Source: Candidatus Omnitrophota bacterium (GTDB lineage: Bacteria; Omnitrophota; Gorgyraeia; Gygaellales; Profunditerraquicolaceae). From it: a stretch of 64,000 nucleotides of DNA. The position numbers were made by a program, and so were the translations under genes. The stretch covers positions 71,969 through 135,968 of the forward strand of contig JAGVER010000007.1 of assembly GCA_020058085.1 (NCBI GenBank), in the 5' to 3' direction. Positions 59,322 through 64,000 of the stretch are shown here, piece by piece; position 1 is the stretch's first letter, and each line of letters begins with the position of its first letter. The notes beneath the pieces are model-generated. The model saw nothing but the letters and a program-made list of their open reading frames with translations, was not told the origin of the DNA and ran no database searches.

Positions 59322-59825
59322 ATGAAAAAAAAAGAAGCTAAATTAAAAAAAGAGATAGTCACTCCTGAGAAAGGGTTATTTAATCTAGGTAGGCCTAAGG
59401 GCGCTCATAAGCGCAGGAAGTATTTGGGGAGGGGTTCTAGCTCCGGGCATGGAAAGACTTCTACCCGTGGAAGTAAGGGTCAGACTTCAAGAGCGGGAAG
59501 GCATTTTTATCTGGGTTTTGAGGGAGGGCAGTCACCTTTAATTCGTAAAATGCCTAAGCGCGGATTCGTTAATATTTTTAGAAAAGAATTTCAAATAGTC
59601 TCTTTAGCTAGTATTGCCAAGATAAAAGAGAGCTTGATTAATCCGGAATTACTCAAGGCTAAAGGTTTGATTAAGGACAAAGAAAAACCGGTTAAGGTTT
59701 TGGGTGATACAGATCTAAAGGTAGCAGCTACTATACATGCGCATGCTTTTTCTAAACAGGCGGCCGATAAGATTAAAAAAGCAGGCGGTAGGCCGGAAAT
59801 AATAACTATTAATGCCATTAGTTGA
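59322..59825 (+). CDS. rplO: 50S ribosomal protein L15 (about 18-aa N-terminal extension)
   Basis: GRGSSSGHGKTSTRGSKGQ. It directly follows rpsE, with no L30 gene between them. Confidence 0.93.
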   Translation: MKKKEAKLKKEIVTPEKGLFNLGRPKGAHKRRKYLGRGSSSGHGKTSTRGSKGQTSRAGRHFYLGFEGGQSPLIRKMPKRGFVNIFRKEFQIVSLASIAKIKESLINPELLKAKGLIKDKEKPVKVLGDTDLKVAATIHAHAFSKQAADKIKKAGGRPEIITINAIS

Positions 59826-61170
59826 TTTTAGCCCTTTAGTTAATTCTTTTAAGATACCGGATCTAAAGAAGCGCCTGATTATTACCGGCGCGTTGATTGC
59901 TATATACCGAGCAGGTTGTTATATACCTACTCCGGGGATTGACGGAGCGGCTTTAGCAGAGTTTTTTAGTCGCGTTGCCCGCACTCAAGGCGGGACGATC
60001 TTTGGCATAATAAATATGTTTTCTGGTGGCGCTATGGAGAAACTGACCATATTTGCACTGGGAATCATGCCGTATATATCTTCTTCGATCATTATGCAAT
60101 TGCTAACTGCGGTAATCCCGGCCTTAGAGAAGATGGCTAAAGAAGGGAAGGCAGGGCATGAGAAGATAAATCAGTTTACGCGTTATGGAACCGTAGCTTT
60201 AGCTATAGTGCAGTCTTTTTTTATAGCTTTGTGGCTCGAGAATCCAGCGCGTTTTGAAGGTTTGAAGATAGTAATGAGCCCGGGTTTGGGATTTAGGATA
60301 ATAACCGTACTGACTCTTACTACTGGCACGATATTCATCATGTGGTTAGGTGAACAGATCCAAGAGAGGGGTATTGGAAATGGAATATCCCTGATTATTA
60401 CCGCAGGCATAATTTCCAGGATTCCCGCAGCTATGCATCAGTTATATGTTTTAGTTTCACCTTTTGCTGCTGCTCGTCGACAAATCCAGCCTTTTACCTT
60501 GGTGATTATGGCCGTATTTTTAGTAGTAGTTGTTTTTTCCGTAATCATGATTACTCAAGGACAAAGGAAGATACCTGTGCAATACGCACGCAGGATTGTA
60601 GGCAGAAAGATTTACGGTGGGCAGTCTACTTATATACCTTTAAAAGTTGATACGGCAGGAGTTATCTCTATTATTTTTGCGCAATCAATTATACTCTTTC
60701 CGGCAACACTAGCATCATTTATCCCTAATCCGGGATTTCAGAGATTAGCGCAAGGATTAATCCGCGGCCAGGTGCTTTATACTTTAATTTACGCTCTTTT
60801 AATAATTTTCTTTTGTTATTTTTATACAGCCATAGTATTTAATCCGCAGGATTTATCCGAGAATATGAAAAAATATGGCGGTTTTATACCGGGAATACGC
60901 CCGGGCGCGCCTACGGCAGAGTTTTTAGATTATGTTATGACGCGGATTACTTTAGCCGGAGCGATGTTTATTGCAGTTATTGCCATATTTCCGGATTTCG
61001 TTATGGCTTGGCTTAAAGTCCCTTACTTGGTTGCTTCTTTTTTCGGGGGGACAGGTATATTAATTATTGTAGGCGTTATGCTGGATACGTTGAAACAAAT
61101 TGAATCGCATCTTTTGACACATCATTACGAAGGTTTTATTAAAGGCGCCCACATGAAGGGGAGAAGATAG
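59812..61170 (+). CDS. secY: preprotein translocase subunit SecY
   Basis: 452-aa polytopic protein with GIMPYISSSIIMQLL and GEQIQERGIGNGISLII. Confidence 0.96.
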   Translation: MPLVDFSPLVNSFKIPDLKKRLIITGALIAIYRAGCYIPTPGIDGAALAEFFSRVARTQGGTIFGIINMFSGGAMEKLTIFALGIMPYISSSIIMQLLTAVIPALEKMAKEGKAGHEKINQFTRYGTVALAIVQSFFIALWLENPARFEGLKIVMSPGLGFRIITVLTLTTGTIFIMWLGEQIQERGIGNGISLIITAGIISRIPAAMHQLYVLVSPFAAARRQIQPFTLVIMAVFLVVVVFSVIMITQGQRKIPVQYARRIVGRKIYGGQSTYIPLKVDTAGVISIIFAQSIILFPATLASFIPNPGFQRLAQGLIRGQVLYTLIYALLIIFFCYFYTAIVFNPQDLSENMKKYGGFIPGIRPGAPTAEFLDYVMTRITLAGAMFIAVIAIFPDFVMAWLKVPYLVASFFGGTGILIIVGVMLDTLKQIESHLLTHHYEGFIKGAHMKGRR

Positions 61171-61814
61171 TGCGTATTATTTTATTAGGGCCTCCGGGTG
61201 CAGGAAAAGGTACACAGGCTAAAGTCTTAGCGCAAGAGTTAGGCGTTGCGCATATATCTACCGGGGATATATTAAGGCAAAATGTTAAAGAGGCTACTCA
61301 ATTAGGCAAGGAGGCAAAGGATTTTATGGATCGCGGCCTGCTTGTTCCGGATGGGCTAATGAGTAAGATGCTTCAAGATCGGTTTGCGAAGAGCGATGTA
61401 AAGCAGGGTTTTATTCTTGATGGTTATCCCCGGAACATTGCTCAAGCTAAGACGTTGGAAGAGATATTTAGGCTTAAGGGTTTAGATGTAGATTTGGTGG
61501 TCTATTTGGATTCAAGCGACAGCGTAATTATTCAAAGATTATCCGGAAGATTGGTTTGTTCTAAATGTTCAGCCAACTATCATATAACAAATATGCCTCC
61601 TCTAAGGCAAGGTTTTTGTGATAAGTGTGGTGGTTCGCTCTATCAGAGAACCGATGATAAGGTTGAGACAATAAAAAAGCGTTTAGAGGTTTATAAAAAT
61701 GAAGTTTCTGATTTAATAAAATATTATTCTGAAGAGAATAAATTACACCGTTTGAGCGCAGATGGGCAGGCTGAAGAAGTACTTAAAGAGATAGTCGTTC
61801 TTACTAAGCAATAA
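61170..61814 (+). CDS. adk: adenylate kinase
   Basis: GPPGAGKGTQA and a zinc lid CSKC...CDKCGG. The GTG start overlaps the secY stop. Confidence 0.95.
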   Translation: MRIILLGPPGAGKGTQAKVLAQELGVAHISTGDILRQNVKEATQLGKEAKDFMDRGLLVPDGLMSKMLQDRFAKSDVKQGFILDGYPRNIAQAKTLEEIFRLKGLDVDLVVYLDSSDSVIIQRLSGRLVCSKCSANYHITNMPPLRQGFCDKCGGSLYQRTDDKVETIKKRLEVYKNEVSDLIKYYSEENKLHRLSADGQAEEVLKEIVVLTKQ

Positions 61815-61815
61815 G

Positions 61816-62559
61816 ATGATTCCTTTAAAATCTGAAGAAGACCTTAAGAATCTTCAGGTATCAGGTGAGATTTTAGGCAGGACAATGAGAGGTTTAAAGA
61901 AGTTTGTTCTCTCCGGGATTTCGACTGCCGAGATTGATCGTATTGCCGAGGAACTTATAATTAAGGAAGGCGCTAAGCCAGCATTTAAAGGCTATAGAGG
62001 ATTTCCCGCGGCTTTATGCGTTTCTATAAATGAAGAGATTGTACATGGTATACCGGGAAAGAGGGTACTTCGCGAAGGTGATATTGTAGGTCTTGATTTA
62101 GGCGTGAATTATCTTGGTTATTTTTCTGATGCGGCAGTAACTTTGGCCATTGGGGAAATAAGCCCTAAGGTTAATAAGTTAGTTGAAGTTACTCGTCAGG
62201 CTTTGGTTGAAGGTATAAAATTAGCGATTGTAGGGAATAACCTATCGGATATATCGCATCGGATCCAAAGTTTTGTTGAGGGTAAGGGTTTTTCTGTAGT
62301 TAGGCAATTTGTAGGGCATGGTATAGGATTAAGCCTGCATGAAGAACCCGAAATACCTAATTTCGGTAGTCCGCATCAAGGTCCGATATTGAAAAGCGGT
62401 ATGGTTTTAGCTATTGAGCCAATGGTAAATATGGGGAGTTGGGAATCGGAGATATTACCTAATGGCTGGACAGCAGTAACCAAAGATAGGCTTCCTTCAG
62501 CGCATTTTGAGCATACGGTTGCGATAACTGAAGAAGGGCCGAGAATATTGACAAGTTGA
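61816..62559 (+). CDS. map: methionine aminopeptidase type I
   Basis: VHGIPG, DLGVNYLGYFSD, FVGHGIG, EPMV and HFEHTV. Confidence 0.95.
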   Translation: MIPLKSEEDLKNLQVSGEILGRTMRGLKKFVLSGISTAEIDRIAEELIIKEGAKPAFKGYRGFPAALCVSINEEIVHGIPGKRVLREGDIVGLDLGVNYLGYFSDAAVTLAIGEISPKVNKLVEVTRQALVEGIKLAIVGNNLSDISHRIQSFVEGKGFSVVRQFVGHGIGLSLHEEPEIPNFGSPHQGPILKSGMVLAIEPMVNMGSWESEILPNGWTAVTKDRLPSAHFEHTVAITEEGPRILTS

Positions 62560-62562
62560 TTG

Positions 62563-62677
62563 TCCCGTCTCATAATCATGCCAAGATTATACGATAATCT
62601 TGGCATATTCGACGGGATAAATTCGCACAATAACTTACTCACACTGTTGTGTTCGTAAGTTATGTGCTCATTTAATG
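62563..62677 (+). promoter_or_regulatory. structured 5' leader, copy 2 of the repeat shared with hflX
   Basis: It aligns with 14421-14537 over its full length and ends at the infA start codon (GCTCATTTAATG). Three helices are retained through compensatory substitutions. Confidence 0.45.
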
Positions 62678-62893
62678 CCTAAAGAAGAACTCATAGAGAC
62701 GGAAGGAAAGATACTTGAAGCTCTTCCTAATGCTATGTTTAAAGTAGAACTTGAAAACGGGCATATAGTACTTGCGCATGTATCGGGTAAAATGCGTATG
62801 AACTTTATAAGGATTTTACCCGGAGATAAAGTAAAGCTAGAGCTTTCTCCTTATGATTTAAGCAGGGGAAGGATAACTTTTAGGGTAAAATGA
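62675..62893 (+). CDS. infA: translation initiation factor IF-1
   Basis: 72 aa with [24 protein letters not shown] and GRITFR. Confidence 0.96.
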   Translation: MPKEELIETEGKILEALPNAMFKVELENGHIVLAHVSGKMRMNFIRILPGDKVKLELSPYDLSRGRITFRVK

Positions 62894-62975
62894 AGCGAGC
62901 CTGAACTTCTATAATGAAATACTTGAGCGGCCATATTCTAGGCCGCGAAAGTATAAAAAACTAGGAAGGTGTTAA

Positions 62976-63089
62976 GTGAAAGTAAAAGCATCGGTAAAAA
63001 GAATTTGTGATAAATGCAAGATTGTTAAGAGGCAGGGGGTAATTAGGGTAATTTGTTCTAATGCCAAGCATAAGCAGAGACAAGGATAA
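62976..63089 (+). CDS. rpmJ: 50S ribosomal protein L36
   Basis: Not in the ORF track. GTG start; (M)[36 protein letters not shown], 37 aa. GGAAGG lies upstream. Confidence 0.88.
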   Translation: MKVKASVKRICDKCKIVKRQGVIRVICSNAKHKQRQG

Positions 63090-63100
63090 TTTACTGTAAG

Positions 63101-63192
63101 GCACCCGGACTTATTTGAGAGGCCGGTACCTCGACATAAATGAATGCCGAGTATCCCGCTTCTGCGGGATGTGCACTTACTGTGCAAGGAGG
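63101..63192 (+). repeat. family B intercistronic element, expanded copy
   Basis: GCACCCGGAC-TTATTTGAGA-GGCCGG, an extra hairpin ATCCCGCTTCTGCGGGAT (63153-63170), then TGCACTTACTGTGCA abutting AAGGAGG. Confidence 0.5.
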
Positions 63193-63196
63193 ATTA

Positions 63197-63613
63197 ATGC
63201 CAAGAATTTTGGGCGTGGATATACCTAAGGAAAAGAAAATTGAAATATCTCTTACCTACTTATATGGTATCGGTAGGGTATCGTCTAATAAGCTCCTTAA
63301 GGAGATTAACATTGATCCAAATAAGCGCGCAAAAGATCTAAGTGAGGAAGAGGTAGCGCGTATAACCAATGCTCTGCAAAAGGGCGGGTTAAAGATTGAA
63401 GGTGATTTACGCCGGGATATCGCGCAGAATATCAAGAGGCTTATGGATATTGGTTCTTATAGGGGATCGAGGCATAAGAAAGGGCTTCCTGTAAGAGGCC
63501 AGCGCACAAGGACAAATGCCAGAACTAGAAAAGGGCCAAGTAGAGGTAAAGGCAATTCATCAGTAGTTAAAAAGATAGAATCGGGAAAGCCAGCTGCAAA
63601 ACCGGCTAAATAA
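63197..63613 (+). CDS. rpsM: 30S ribosomal protein S13
   Basis: [26 protein letters not shown]. The start is moved to ATG 63197. Confidence 0.96.
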   Translation: MPRILGVDIPKEKKIEISLTYLYGIGRVSSNKLLKEINIDPNKRAKDLSEEEVARITNALQKGGLKIEGDLRRDIAQNIKRLMDIGSYRGSRHKKGLPVRGQRTRTNARTRKGPSRGKGNSSVVKKIESGKPAAKPAK

Positions 63614-63623
63614 AATGTATATA

Positions 63624-63673
63624 ACACCCGGCCTTAATTGAGAGGCCGGTGCGCACTTACTGTGCAGGGAGAG
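63624..63673 (+). repeat. family B intercistronic element, compact copy
   Basis: ACACCCGGCC-TTAATTGAGA-GGCCGGTG, then GCACTTACTGTGC abutting AGGGAGAG, 3 nt before the rpsK ATG. Confidence 0.5.
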
Positions 63674-63676
63674 ATA

Positions 63677-64000
63677 ATGGCGACAAAAGAAAAAACGAAA
63701 AAGAAGAAGATAGCTAAGGGAGTAACTTCTGGTATTGCCCATATTCAGGCAAGTTTTAATAATACCATCATTACTATAACTGATAAGCAAGGGAGTGTTT
63801 TAGTTTGGTCTGCTCCCGGTATCGTCGGTTATAGTGGTTCTAAGAAATCTACTCCTTTTGCCGCCCAGGTAGCTGCGTCTGATGCTGCCAGAAAAGCGAA
63901 AGAGATAGGTCTTAAGGAAGTCGAAGTGCGGGTTAAGGGTCCGGGTTTCGGAAGGGAATCCGCTATTAGGGCGCTTCAGGCCGGGGGACTTATTATAACT
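63677..64000 (+). CDS. rpsK: 30S ribosomal protein S11 (3' end outside the window)
   Basis: [18 protein letters not shown] and STPFAAQ. The ORF is open to the window end. Confidence 0.93.
   Translation, partial: MATKEKTKKKKIAKGVTSGIAHIQASFNNTIITITDKQGSVLVWSAPGIVGYSGSKKSTPFAAQVAASDAARKAKEIGLKEVEVRVKGPGFGRESAIRALQAGGLIIT

Overview
AT-rich bacterial chromosomal segment. LptD is present, so the organism is diderm; I cannot assign a lineage. Every credible gene is on the + strand. Three blocks. (1) 1-11.5 kb is an accessory-looking locus. It holds a 5'-truncated HprK-like P-loop protein and a well-signalled 66-aa Lys-rich/Cys-Tyr-Thr-Ser-rich ORF. It also holds two paralogous pairs of U32-family UbiU/UbiV-like Fe-S proteins that flank a radical SAM enzyme and a SAM methyltransferase. 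A GT-B glycosyltransferase, a TMD-NBD ABC exporter and a frameshifted SGNH hydrolase complete it. I consider this the best candidate for an undescribed system: an anaerobic peptide- or small-molecule-tailoring pathway that uses O2-independent U32 hydroxylase-type enzymes. (2) 11.6-35 kb is housekeeping: miaB (no TRAM domain), a TPR/SPOR protein, miaA, hflX, CIRCE-hrcA-grpE-dnaK-dnaJ, accD, a MalK-like ATPase, two GGDEF proteins, a ROK kinase, lptD, ugd, an intein-containing UDP-sugar dehydrogenase and UDP-glucuronate decarboxylase. (3) 35-64 kb is the conserved array tRNA-Thr, rpmG, tRNA-Trp, secE, nusG, rplKAJL, rpoBC, rpsLG, fusA, tuf, then the S10/spc operons, secY, adk, map, infA, rpmJ, rpsM and rpsK (cut by the window end). 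No L30 gene is present. The intergenic spacers are unusual. They carry at least three families of structured repeats: a modular box-plus-palindrome family in both orientations, a GC-hairpin plus SD-adjacent hairpin family between ribosomal cistrons, and a three-helix leader shared by hflX and infA that shows compensatory changes. There is also a 291-bp GC-rich element closed by perfect 24-bp inverted repeats. All calls rest on motif recognition by eye; no searches were run.
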